Source: Ginkgo biloba (Eukaryota; Plantae; Ginkgophyta). From it: a stretch of DNA of 32,703 nt. The position numbers and the translations under genes are program-made. Every line of letters starts with the position of its first letter. Position 1 is the stretch's first letter. Location of the stretch: positions 228,381,954 to 228,414,656 of the forward strand of contig JANKJI020000002.1 in assembly GCA_024626585.2 (NCBI GenBank), in the 5' to 3' direction. Positions 13,261-24,900 of the stretch are shown piece by piece. The notes under the pieces were generated by a model. That model was not told the origin of the DNA and did no database searches. It worked only from the letters and a program-made list of their open reading frames with translations.

Positions 13261-14099
13261 GCACAGCCTTTCTCTACCCTATAATCACTCCCCCACTATC
13301 AGATGATCAATTCAGAATTGTTTTCAATTACAGTTTGTTGGTGCAGGTGGGGGTTTGTATATGGGTGTAGTTTTTGATTTGGCATTTTCAAAATTCCTGT
13401 TTCAGCGGCAACAATTTCCTTTGACAATTAAATATACAAAATTAATTTCAGATTTGCCCCCAATGGTCTAAAGTTTGCCAGTAATGAATTGAATTCTACA
13501 TCTAGAGGTCTAAATTCTATGTTGAGAGTTTGAATATTGAAATAAGTCCATATCAGAGGTTTTGAACTGAAACCCAAATCTGGTTTGAGCACCCTGTTTG
13601 AAATTCAGCCGACCACATGTGAGAAGCCAGTTCCTCTGGAATAAACCAAAGAAGTAGATCCTTTCAGGGGATGCCTCAATATATGTGATGAACAGTGTGA
13701 CTCTTGCTTCATTGTAGTCTTGGTACTCTTCATGATTAAGTTCTGCTGATGACCTTCTCTGTTGCATATATGACTTCTTTTCTGAAAGGAATTTCCTTGC
13801 AAATTTCAAGGGATTACTGTGGATGATTTCCAGTTGATTTGCACTTGGACAAGACATTACACAAGTTGACTGGATGTGTAACTGGATATTAGTGTATAGA
13901 GGCTATGATAGAAGCTTAAGAGATATGAGTACAAATATATCCTGTATTCTGCCATATTAAATACACTTTTTATGTGGTTAGATTCCCTTGGAGATCTAAG
14001 GAGATTTTATAGTAAATTAGTAAATCCATTTCTAGGGAGGATGTTCCAAAGAAATCTTGCTACTTCTCTGGCCAAATTGATCAACAATTCATCTATTGT

Positions 14100-15072
14100 G
14101 AAAAAAAAGAGGGCAAGTCAAAATTAAGAGTTGACAAATCATTCTCATTGGTGGAGAAAAATCATTTTTAGGATCTTGGTCTCATTTATATATTTAATGG
14201 ACTTTGGCTATCTCCAGCTAATATGAAAAAATGGATGACTTTAACATGGATAAGATTATTGTGTGTACATCCAGAGTTTTTCCTCCTGGGGAAGGGGTAT
14301 TTCGTTGTCATTTTTAGATCTGTAGAGGAAAATCTTAGAATCCTGGAAAGAGGACCTTAGTTTATGATAGGCGGGTTTGAGTTTATACTTATGATTTTTG
14401 AAATTCGATCCTCTATGGTAAAAATTCTAATCTAGGTTAGGTTGCCATTTCTCCCTCTCAACCTCTGGAATGATCACGCCTTTGAATTAATTATAACTTG
14501 CATAAGGGAATTTATGACCGTTTTAGATTAGAGAAACCAAAATAAAATAGCTTCCTATGCCCGAATCTGTGTTAATATAAACATCTTAGAAGGACTCCCT
14601 GAAGATGTGGAATTGATCAATGGGGATCATAAGTTTGTTTAGCAAATTAATTTTGAAAGGGTTCTGTTCATGTGCATCAAATGCAAAAAATATGATCATT
14701 TGGTTAAAGATTACCCATTGCTATCACACAAGGAGGACTCAGAGGAACCCAAATTTGGAAATTCTCATAATTATAATTCAAGAAATCCACTATCCATGCC
14801 ATTAGATAAAGGGAAGGAGGCAATTGCTCTTATGGAGATTCTAATGGAGGATACATATCATTTAAATTGAGGTAAGAAGATTTTTGCTTTTCCTCCCTTA
14901 CAAGAGCCTCAAGTAGATAGGTCATTGGAAGTTTTGAAAAAATATAGATCAAGGACTACTATTCTAGATGCAAGTGTGCTTGTCGAATCACCCTCTAAGA
15001 ACCCCTTTACTCTCCTATTTGATATTAGGTACCCTCAAACAGGGACTCATGATACAAGCATGTAAGATCTAG
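14100..15072 (+). mobile_element. Decayed L1-type LINE ORF1 (DUF4283 plus zinc knuckle)
   Basis: FNGLWLSPANMKKWMTLTW..LGKGYFVVIFRSVEENLRILERGP*F, then VRLPFLPLNLW, SYARICVNINILEGLPEDVEL and CIKCKKYDHLVKDY (14673-14714, last Cys mutated). Confidence 0.9.
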
Positions 15073-15172
15073 NNNNNNNNNNNNNNNNNNNNNNNNNNNN
15101 NNNNNNNNNNNNNNNNNNNNNNNNNNNNNNNNNNNNNNNNNNNNNNNNNNNNNNNNNNNNNNNNNNNNNNNN

Positions 15173-16230
15173 ATCGTACCAACCAATCTTTATAATATCA
15201 AAGTCCAAGTGGTCCTCATACTCCTAAATGGTGATAGGAACTTTGGCAGGAAATTCTTCTTATGCTCGGGTATCCTTGCCATCAACTAACTCCACCTCAT
15301 AAGCATATGGGGCTTCTTCAGTTCTCAAATTGACCTTCTTGGCAAAGTCCTCAGAAACAAAATTGTGTGCAACCACTATCCATTAATCTTAGCTTGAATT
15401 AAAAATAACGCAATATCATGAAAATTTTCAAAGTGGCCTTAAACTTACTCTTTGGGTTAATGTCTTCTAGGACCACTTAGCCAAGCACACTACTACGGCC
15501 ACTTTGTAGTCCTGCTTGATGTTGTCATTATGTCGGACACGGGGAAACGATTGCTTGTAGTGGTCTCCTCCACACTCATAACACTTCACAAGTTGCTTCT
15601 TATCTCCCTTGGGTTGAGATGACTTGTCTCCCCCAACCTTCCCTTTACCCTTATCATGAAATGATGGCTTGGAGAAAAACTCTTTCTAATTGAAAGGCTT
15701 CTTAAAGGACAAAGACTCCTTTGGTTGGAATGGCTTCTTGATTGACCCAACCCAATTAAATCGGGCAACTTCCACTTGCAAAGCATCGTTCATTGCTTCC
15801 TCGATGGTCTGCAGTCTCATTATTGCTATATTCTGATAAATATGAGGCTTCAAACCATGTACAAAGTTGTACACTCTAAATACCTAAGTAAATTGAAGAG
15901 TCATGCAAATAAAGTATCCATCTTATTGCTTTATTACTACACTTTGCCTACTTGCTTCAAGGCAAGCAATTGATTGTAAGCCTCTTGAACATCATTTTGT
16001 CGGGCATACTTCACCATGACTGGCTTCATTTCTAATCACACAGTAGTCGATTGCCTCATGTGTTCCTCAATTTCCGTTTGAACTCCATTTTGCCACTCCA
16101 TAGTGGGTCCTTCGAGGGAAAAAGTAACCATAGTTACCTTGTGTTCTTCGAATATGTTAAAGGAGGGAAAGAGTGTTTCAACTGCCCTCATCCAAGATTG
16201 GAAAGATGACCCCATTGCTCATCCATCATA
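15173..16230 (-). mobile_element. Decayed Ty3/gypsy gag-protease fragment
   Basis: YNFVHGLKPHIYQNIAIMRLQTIEEAM (gag), KCYECGGDHYKQ (knuckle remnant), and DSG..HNFVSEDFAKKVNLRTEEAPYAYEVELVDG (aspartic protease, frameshifted at the active site). Confidence 0.9.
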
Positions 16231-16499
16231 ATCTAGTATCTAAACATTCTTTAGTTACTTCGTTGTTTGAAGCATTGTTATGGTCTGACTCTACCAAACC
16301 TAGAAAAAACATATGCTTCATCCCTACAAATAATATTCTAAAATAAAGAGGACAATAGGGCAACTTAGGTAAAGTAAATAGATATGAAATACAAATATAA
16401 TAATGCAGTGAAGTGAGTACCCATACAAAGAGATATTTATTCATGTTAATTTATCCAAATAGGAAATAATTTACATTAATCTCTATGTTTTAGCAAAGA

Positions 16500-16983
16500 A
16501 GATTGTTTGACTGTGGCCAACTTGTAGTAAGGATTCTACCACCTGCTGTTGGTCATGGGGACTGCCTGTATGGGCTTACCAATGCGGGTAGCCAAACCTT
16601 CAACGTGGAACACATTAACCATTAGCACCTAGTAGTTATTGCCGATCGATTAGATTCCACCCTACAACATTAGCAAGGGTGCTAGGCATAGGTTTGTTTC
16701 AACCCCTTCTTCGACACTAGGATAACCTAGACAACTAGGGTATCCACCCCTACTAGTATTTTATACTGATCTTGGATATCAAACCCCAGGGTTGCAACAA
16801 CAAACCCTAGACTAGAGAACAATTGGTCAAACCCCTTTGGATGCAACAACAATCCATAGGCTTATGGCTATAACAATAGACCATAATCCTTATATCTTCA
16901 CCAATTGACTGTAGCCTACAGATCCAACAACAAATTGTAGCCCTACGATTGCAACAACAAACCATATAAACTAGTAAGAGGAT
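16500..16983 (-). mobile_element. Second fragment of the LTR family at 5179-6306 (low-complexity gag region)
   Basis: agcacctagtagttattgccgatcgattagattccaccct (~16624) aligns with agtgcctagcaactattaacgatctgctcgactccacccc (~5832), with further collinear matches. Confidence 0.6.
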
Positions 16984-19283
16984 NNNNNNNNNNNNNNNNN
17001 NNNNNNNNNNNNNNNNNNNNNNNNNNNNNNNNNNNNNNNNNNNNNNNNNNNNNNNNNNNNNNNNNNNNNNNNNNNNNNNNNNNAAAATAACAGAACTTAG
17101 CTTAAGAGTCATAACTCTTAGAGGGATGTGACTTTTAGCTTTAATTAACCTATATTAAGCTTTTAAACCCAGGCGTCCTTTATTTAAGGCTTAATTAAGG
17201 TAATTTTAAGCCTATTTAGCCTCCTCCTTTAGGAATTTCACTCTTTTAGCTCATTTTAGGCCTTCGAAACTCATATTTCACCTTCTAAACNNNNNNNNNN
17301 NNNNNNNNNNNNNNNNNNNNNNNNNNNNNNNNNNNNNNNNNNTAATATTTAGGTTTAAGTTGTGTTTAGGAACACAACATCTATTCTACTCCTTTATTCT
17401 ATTTGTTAACAATAAGTGCCTTTAGGAGTCCTACCTTAGCAAAAGAGTAAATACATGATACCAATGAACCTAAATTCTAATAATTCTTTCGTCTTATTAC
17501 ACACTATTTTTAGGTATTCTCCATGTAGTATGTAGTGTAAGTTAGCAACTACTTGATCAAGGAGATATTGGCTTGGTCTTTGTGATTCCTCTTCATCTAG
17601 TTAAGCTGTATAGGGTTGAGTGCCTCTGCATTGAGGAAAACAACCCTCAATACACACGTCCAAGTATCCTTAAGCCTGCCTTGGGGATCTTTGGAGGTCC
17701 ATTATACTTCTCTTCCTTCGAGGGATTCCTCTTCTGCCTTTTTCTAGATAAGAGTGAACCTTAGTATAACTTTTGGATCAGTCTCTTTCTTGGGTTCTAA
17801 GTTATTCTTTCAAGCACATTACTTTGAAATGGATTTTGACCATCTATCCCATTTCATCTTTGAGGGTCTACAAATCCTTTTTAATGAATCAGAAGTCTTC
17901 AGAAGGGGAAGCTCCTATATCAAGAATGTACTATAATGATCATATTGTTTCTTGCTTGACATGATATACTTTGGAGTAGTATATCTTTCAAATTCCCTTC
18001 ATTTTTCTCATTTTTGTCTCTACTTCCATAGAGTTTCCTCAATCTTTACAACATGTAAACTTGCACGAAACTCATCATACTCAATTGTTAGAAATATTTA
18101 TTATTATGTAATGTTTACATGTCAAATTTATTATAAATAGGATCACGACTTAATGTTGTGAGTCCTATGACTATTCGAAGGGCTAAAGTGTCATTAGGGT
18201 GAGTTGTAGCTGGGTCAACCCTGTGGTGACAAGTGTCGNNNNNNNNNNNNNNNNNNNNNNNNNNNNNNNNNNNNNNNNNNNNNNNNNNNNNNNNNNNNNN
18301 NNNNNTGAGGCTATGTATAAAGTTAATGCAGACTTTATGGTTTGAAGGTAGACCAATTCTACAGAATTTCTGGTGTTTTGTGTTCTTGTGAAGTGTTGAA
18401 GTTATTTTGGCATTCTAAAGTTGCGTATGTTATTAGAGCTCTGGCTAATCCTGAGCTTGAACTGGTCATGGTTCGTTGTGTTTACGAATCATTTGAGTGG
18501 TTTGAGTTTTTGGGTTGAATTGTCAATGTTATTTGAATTTTTTGTCCAATGTGAGGCGTTTGTAGAATTCGTACGTGTTGNNNNNNNNNNNNNNNNNNNN
18601 NNNNNNNNNNNNNNNNNNNNNNNNNNNNNNNNNNNNNNNNNNNNNNNNNNNNNNNNNNNNNNNNNNNNNNNNNNNNNNNNCGATGCAACTACTCTTATTT
18701 CCCTGCAAGCTCCCATATAAAAAGTAACTATGCCAAATAAAATGGTATAGAACATCCCAAATGTGATAGGGATATCCAAGAAAAAAGGAATGAATGGATA
18801 GAACCTTATTAGTATTATGTAGGGACTTAATTGGTTATGTTACTCAAAATGCACATAGATTGATATAAACCATAGAAATAGAATAATATACATATGAATC
18901 ATACAACATATAATGAATAATTCATACCANNNNNNNNNNNNNNNNNNNNNNNNNNNNNNNNNNNNNNNNNNCACCTGAGCCCAAAGATCATAAATGAGGA
19001 AATGGCACTAGAAAAGATTCCAAATCATATGAGTATATATTACAATAAGGTTTGAATGTATTTATATACTTAAAATGAGCCTCTTATCCTACACCCTAAC
19101 CTATATCTACTTAGTAGTTAATTGTGATGCCACATGAGAACTTTTACAATGCCAAAATTCTTACACATTATAGAATTTGTTCCAAAGGTTTTATACAATT
19201 GTGGTACATGTTAACTCTAGAGGCACATGTCTGAGTGTTGCCAATTGACTCCATATGAAAATTTGGCAGGAGAAAATTTCCAG

Positions 19284-19516
19284 GTTGTTTCTGCAGCAAG
19301 AGGTGATGGAGTTATTGATATTATTGATATTGGATTTGACATAGATAGAACAGATGCAAAACATAGACAGGCCTCCAATACTCGTAAAGGATTTCCATCT
19401 AAATCAACAAAAAACGGAAACACAAAGGAGAGCATTGCAACTGGGGAAAAAACACAGGGAATGAGGATCCAATTACATGCTGGTCTTGGAGGACACACAG
19501 CTGCTGCTTCTTGTGT
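19284..19516 (+). CDS. WDR53: WD40-repeat protein (WDR53-like), internal exon
   Basis: VVSAARGDGVIDIIDIGFD...RIQLHAGLGGHTAAASC(V), with donor GTAAGC at 19517 (phase 2). The acceptor is either ttccag (start 19284) or ggcag (start 19270). Confidence 0.9.
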
Positions 19517-19632
19517 GTAAGCATCTCTCAAATCACTTATTCATGACACGTCACCTAAATACTAATAGAACTGTCTAAATACAAATAGAAATGTTCAATA
19601 TGTATGATGTGAAATATGTCGGACATATGTAG

Positions 19633-19789
19633 GACATTCTCGAGGTTTGGTGAGGCTGGGAAATTTATTATTTCTGGCAGCAATGATGCATCTGTCAAGG
19701 TCTGGGATTGGGCTAGGCAGATAAGAACTGCTGAAAGTAGCAGTGGAAGTGAAGGTCCTTTGCGTTCCAGCATCAACAACAGAAGAAAA
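19633..19789 (+). CDS. WDR53: WD40-repeat protein (WDR53-like), penultimate exon
   Basis: Acceptor tgtag ends 19632 (116-bp intron, phase 2 restored as GT+G = Val). Reads TFSRFGEAGKFIISGSNDASVKVWDW...SINNRRK, completing a canonical GH...WD repeat, with donor GTAAGT at 19790. Confidence 0.95.
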
Positions 19790-20842
19790 GTAAGTGCATC
19801 GCACCATTAGTGCACCATAAGTTCTTGCATTCTTTTTTATTATGTGGACCATATTTTTATTGTTCTCAACTGTAGAGAATTTAATATCTTTTGCATNNNN
19901 NNNNNNNNNNNNNNNNNNNNNNNNNNNNNNNNNNNNNNNNNNNNNNNNNNNNNNNNNNNNNNNNNNNNNNNNNNNNNNNNNNNNNNNNNNNNNNNNNNNN
20001 NNNNNNNNNNNNNNNNNNNNNNNNNNNNNNNNNNNNNNNNNNNNNNNNNNNNNNNNNNNNNNNNNNNNNNNNNNNNNNNNNNNNNNNNNNNNNNNNNNNN
20101 NNNNNNNNNNNNNNNNNNNNNNNNNNNNNTTTTTTCTATCCTGTACCTTATTCTATACTCTGTTATAATGTAGAGAAATCTTAATCGACTGTTCTAGCTT
20201 TTGCTTTTGTTTGAAAAGAGTAAATAAATGTCTGCTGCATAATATATAGTTTTTCTTTTTTCCAGTTATGAAATCAAAAGAAAACTCGAGTTCTATTACC
20301 TAGGCATTGGCTCCCTCTCCACAAACCTACAGTTTAATTGCAATGGACCTCACTAGGGGTGGANNNNNNNNNNNNNNNNNNNNNNNNNNNNNNNNNNNNN
20401 NNNNNNNNNNNNNNNNNNNNAGCTATGGAACTTGAGGGAAGCCCTGTTATACTTTATCCAGTGTTCTTCCAGCTGAATGCCACATAGGAGTTCCTGTGAC
20501 AGAGCCCTATTGCCGTGTTTTGAACCGAATCAGGTATTCCAGATCACTTGTCCATACCCATAATCTCCTAAGTCAGTCGACATCAATGAGTTTTGGAATC
20601 TTATTGTATCAACAACAGCTTGAAATGCCACACTCAACATTAACTCACTGTTCACAGTAAGGTCAGAAGGAACAATATTGGCATTCTGCTTGTAAGGTGC
20701 TCACACCAAAGAGTGCCTTGACTGAGGGAAGGGTATTGTAAATTGTCAGAAAACACTAGAAGGTCACGTTTGAGATGCTGTGGCACAGTTAGTATAGTAC
20801 AGGTAATGATAGTTTCTTACTTCTAATCCATTAGGTGGAGGA

Positions 20843-22866
20843 ATGGCGAGTGGAGGAGCTTCAGGTAGGGGAGAAGGGCGCACAGGGAGAAAAGGAGCAG
20901 GAGGATCGGGAGCAGCTGGACGTGGAGGGGATGGAGCGGGAGCAGCTGGAGGTGGTGGGGACGGAGCAGGAGGTGGGGGAGCTGGGGAAACCCACGCGGT
21001 TTCAGGGGCTGGCACAGGTGGGGAGCCCCGCGTGGGGCCTGGTGGTAGCACAGGGGTGTACCCTGTGGGTTTAGGTGCAGGGGGGCCGGGCATGGGAGGA
21101 GGTCCGGGTGGAGGAGAAGGTGGTACGATAGCAGGAGGCTTTGATGAAGAAAGCGCCCAGGCAGAGAAAGAACTAATTGACCAAGATCAAACCCAGGCAC
21201 ACAAAGGTTTTAATGCAATCTTATGAGGAAAGATTGGTGAAAGAGGATGTTCAAGGGTGGACAACGTCTACCGAAGAAGAACCCTGTCTTGGAACCGCAC
21301 TCCTATGGAGTTCATCCCTTTGAACTGCTAGGAGGGAGATGGCTGTGTGTGTGTCGTGGTACGGCCACTAAATGCCAAAGTTACGAGTATAGGGGTACCC
21401 AACTTTCATAAACCCAAGGAGGAATGGTTGTCCCTTCTCTCAATAGGGAATGTGATTGCCATCTAGGAAGAGTTGGAGATGGATCCAAGCCCAAACACGA
21501 AAAATGAGAACATGCCGATAGATGACCCTTGGAGGGTCGAGGGAGTTAAGCATTCCCAAGGTGGTACAGAGAGTGGCTTGCAACCTAGACACCATGCATC
21601 GGGGATAGCAGGCCTGGAGGTGGCAATGGGAGAAGGAGAGCATTTGGCTGCAGAGGAACCAATGCTTGTAGAGGAATCACAAGGTGAGGAGCCTTGTGCA
21701 CAGACCACAGTCAACAATGCTACCAACCCCTCATTGGATCGGATGATTTTAACTTTTTACTTGTAGATAACAAGGAATACTTCAAAGGGAGCATGCAGCT
21801 AGAGACACGGGGGGTTATATTGCACTTTCTGCATAGAATGTCGAATGAGGAGGCCTTCAACAGATGGTGTTTGCTAAACTGGGAAGCTAAGGGAATCTCA
21901 TTTAACTCATACTGGGGCCTTAGGTTGAAAAATGTGTACCTTTTGTTTAACTCAGACGCCGCTACCTGCCATGTGCTACAATTTGGGACATGGAATATAG
22001 TCGAATCTCTCGCATATGTTCATTCATGAAGGGTAGACTTCAACCCAAAGGATTGCGGTCAGGCCCAGTACCCACTCTAGTTGGAGTTCCCGACATTACC
22101 GACGAATATGCACCCCTGTGTCAACCTGTTTGCCCATAGGTTTGGCAAAGTGCTCATTCCAAATGGCCGACGGAATATGTTGCAAGCAAACTCGAGGGTA
22201 TGTGTGGAGGTGGATCTAAAACGAAAGCTTCCCCCTTTTACCTCAATTTGCACCATAGATGGAGTCAGGCAGTAGAAGGTTCATTATCTGAATCTCCCAA
22301 ATGCATGCTCTGTGTGTTAAGCACATGACCATCTAATCAAAGATTGCCCTCTTTGTAGGCCTAAGACGAATGAGGTAGGGATTGAGGGAAAAACCCCATC
22401 AACTCAAGATATGTGGGTAGGCAATACCTTGGTGGCCTCAGGCTAAGGAGTTAGGGGGTGGCCCCTCCGTGGAAGTGATTACAGGAGGAGGTGCATATTC
22501 ATTATGTGGTGCATGCAAAAGTGTGGCAAAGGGCCATAGTGATCTAACGACACAACCCAAGGAAAGTAACTCTATGATAATAGAAATACAGACTCGAGCA
22601 TAATATAGCATTGGCCCTTTAAATAACTGTGATTCAACCCACTCGAGGCACAACATCATGGAGGTAGAGTTAGGATAGCAAGTCAAGTTGAATAAGCGGA
22701 AGGTCTCCTTTCCCGCTCATGTAGACAAAGCAGTGGGGGATTTAAGCCTTAGGCCTCGGATGAAGTCCTATAAGGACATGATGGTGCACTCTCCTGATCG
22801 TCGTAATCCTATTTTGGAGGGCTTTGAGATGGATAACAGGTACAGTATGTTAGGACTTCACCTTCC
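20843..22866 (+). mobile_element. Decayed L1-type LINE ORF1 with Gly-rich N-terminal extension
   Basis: One frame 20843 to ~21730, then a frameshift into DUF4283-like RGVILHFLHRMSNEEAFNRWCLLNWEAKG, LEFPTLP, SRVCVEVDLKRKLP and knuckle CSVC*AHDHLIKDC (22306-22347). NRYSML occurs near the end. Confidence 0.88.
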
Positions 22867-23059
22867 NNNNNNNNNNNNNNNNNNNNNNNNNNNNNNNNNN
22901 NNNNNNNNNNNNNNNNNNNNNNNNNNNNNNNNNNNNNNNNNNNNNNNNNNNNNNNNNNNNNNNNNNATAATGATGACCATACTATTACTTATATCAATTA
23001 TTTTTTACTTATAAATTTCTTATATTATTATAAAAATATATAATTACTACACTCCACTT

Positions 23060-23630
23060 TAGAATATATGTCCATATACAATAGACCTAATATGCTAGTA
23101 CTTAAAGTTAGGGTATAATATTTCTCATAGGCTTCTCCAAGATATGACTTGGACACTTAGATCATTCACCTTCCTAGCGAGGAAATCATGCTAGAACTTG
23201 AGACCCTAGAGATTTTTAACATTACCTATTGGAGTAGAGGATGGTGTAAAACCAATTAAGGCCTTCTTGAAATAGTTGAAGGCAACAATTGTCAATGAGT
23301 ATTGTTAGAGGGATAGTGGTACCAACTTTGGAGATAGAGCATTAAAAATAGAAGCATTGAAAGTGAGTATCAATTGTTAACAAACCTACTTTGTTGCAAA
23401 TTGGCACTAGAACAATGATCCAATGAATTTTGGATGGCACCTTGTTTAGAGTAGTGGGTAGTTGGGACGCTATATGATTGGGCGACATATTAGTCCACCT
23501 TGTATGAAGAGTAGTTTGTATAGAGTGGATGTAAAGCATCAAGTAGGCTTTAATATTTTATTGTATTGTATTCTTTGTAAATATGTAATCTAAATATAAG
23601 ACGTATTTTTCAAAAAAGAAAAAGAAAAAG
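23060..23630 (+). mobile_element. Probable LINE 3' end with A-rich tail
   Basis: T-rich ttgtattgtattctttgtaaatatgtaat followed by caaaaaagaaaaagaaaaag (23611-23630). Same strand as the upstream ORF1, separated from it by a 100-N gap. Confidence 0.5.
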
Positions 23631-24149
23631 TATGGTATAAGTTATCATTTTAAGCACTCAGACTTTATAGGCAAGTAGGATGGCTAGAAGTTCTTCTTGA
23701 CCATAAAAGTGAATGTTGTTGAATGTTGATTTTGTTTTCAGATTAAGAAGCGAGTTTTGTTCTAAGCTAGAAAGGGGCCTTGAAGCCTAAAGAGGCCAAG
23801 TTGCTTCCTTGGAATTTAGCAGAGGCATGGGAGAAGGATCCTCAACAAAAAATTAAGTGGGCCCCACCTGGACTGACCTGGGTTTAGACCTCAGTTAGAA
23901 TCTGCTCAAGAATTAAAGATCTCATTTATGAATATAAAATAATTCATTTGTCATATTCTTGCATTATGTTTTTCTCTGCTTTCCTTCGTTTCACCCTAGA
24001 GAGGGTTTAGTTCACTCCATTCAACTTTGGCCTGCTTTAGGGAATTTTGGCTTTCTCCAGAGAAACTAACCTGCTACTAATATTTGTAGCTTAAGCTTAG
24101 ACAAACCCAGAGAGGGTTTGTCCTGGTGCACAATCTCCAAATTGCCTTC

Positions 24150-24900
24150 AGGAACCTCAAGAAGGATTCAACTTGCTCCAGAACGGCTCAGTTGCCATTG
24201 TAGGTTTGCAAAAGAATAGTAGTAATCCAGGCTTTCCTAGGAGCCAAAGTCCACACAAGCATGTCTTCTTCAATGGAAAATGTACACTATCTGATGTACC
24301 CATTAGGAAGAGGACAGTATCGAAAAATATATTTAAGCATGAATATAACTCTACTGGTTCGACACTGTATGTTGGTGCCCTCATACTCGATCCTCTGGAC
24401 TCATTGTGAGTCAATGCATGAGGAAGATATTTCCTTTAAATTCCCATTACCTCTTTAAAGTTCTTTGGAACCGTTAAGCTATGAGAATCTACTCCTTTTA
24501 AATGAGCTTGACTACTGAATATAAAGAAAGGTAGATGAAATGACAAACAAGTGCAAAATAATGGTGGACATGTTGAGATTCCACTTACCAAAAGAGACAT
24601 TATAAGAACACTAGGCTATATGGAGGATGTCAGAGCACCCTGGGAAGCAAAACATCTTCCCATTGCCACTTCTGCATATGACCAGTGATGAGATAGCAAG
24701 GTGGTTCTCCAAACCTACAGAGGATTTTCTTGACGATAGAAAAGTGTAAGTCTAGGGCTTGTCTTGACTCGTGCTTAAGCTCTTCAATATCAACTCAATT
24801 GCAATGAGAAAGATTGAAGTACTAGGACAAGACACTCTGAATTAGGTGGATGAAAAATTTTTGGGAATTGGAATCTTGAAAGAATGCTGTGAAAAAATTG
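24150..24900 (-). mobile_element. Heavily decayed L1-type LINE ORF1 fragment
   Basis: Minus strand SQ*VQRIEYEGTNIQCRTS...FRYCP resembles the WxQxIEYE-knuckle segment of plant L1 ORF1, with FGKWNLN upstream. Boundaries uncertain. Confidence 0.5.

Noticed and set aside
17455-17470. tgatacca as a third PBS
   Set aside because: Only 8 nt match and there is no convincing LTR or gag context.
19227-19269. ATG 19227 (and 19616) as start codons of small proteins
   Set aside because: These are intronic read-through extensions of internal exons with clear splice sites.
20764-21200. Minus-strand Pro-rich extensin-like ORF and a Leu/His-rich ORF
   Set aside because: They are antisense shadows of the Gly-rich + frame, which is the one continuous with LINE ORF1.
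20843-21226. Stand-alone glycine-rich cell-wall protein gene
   Set aside because: There is no signal peptide, and the frame continues past the stop toward LINE ORF1 domains.
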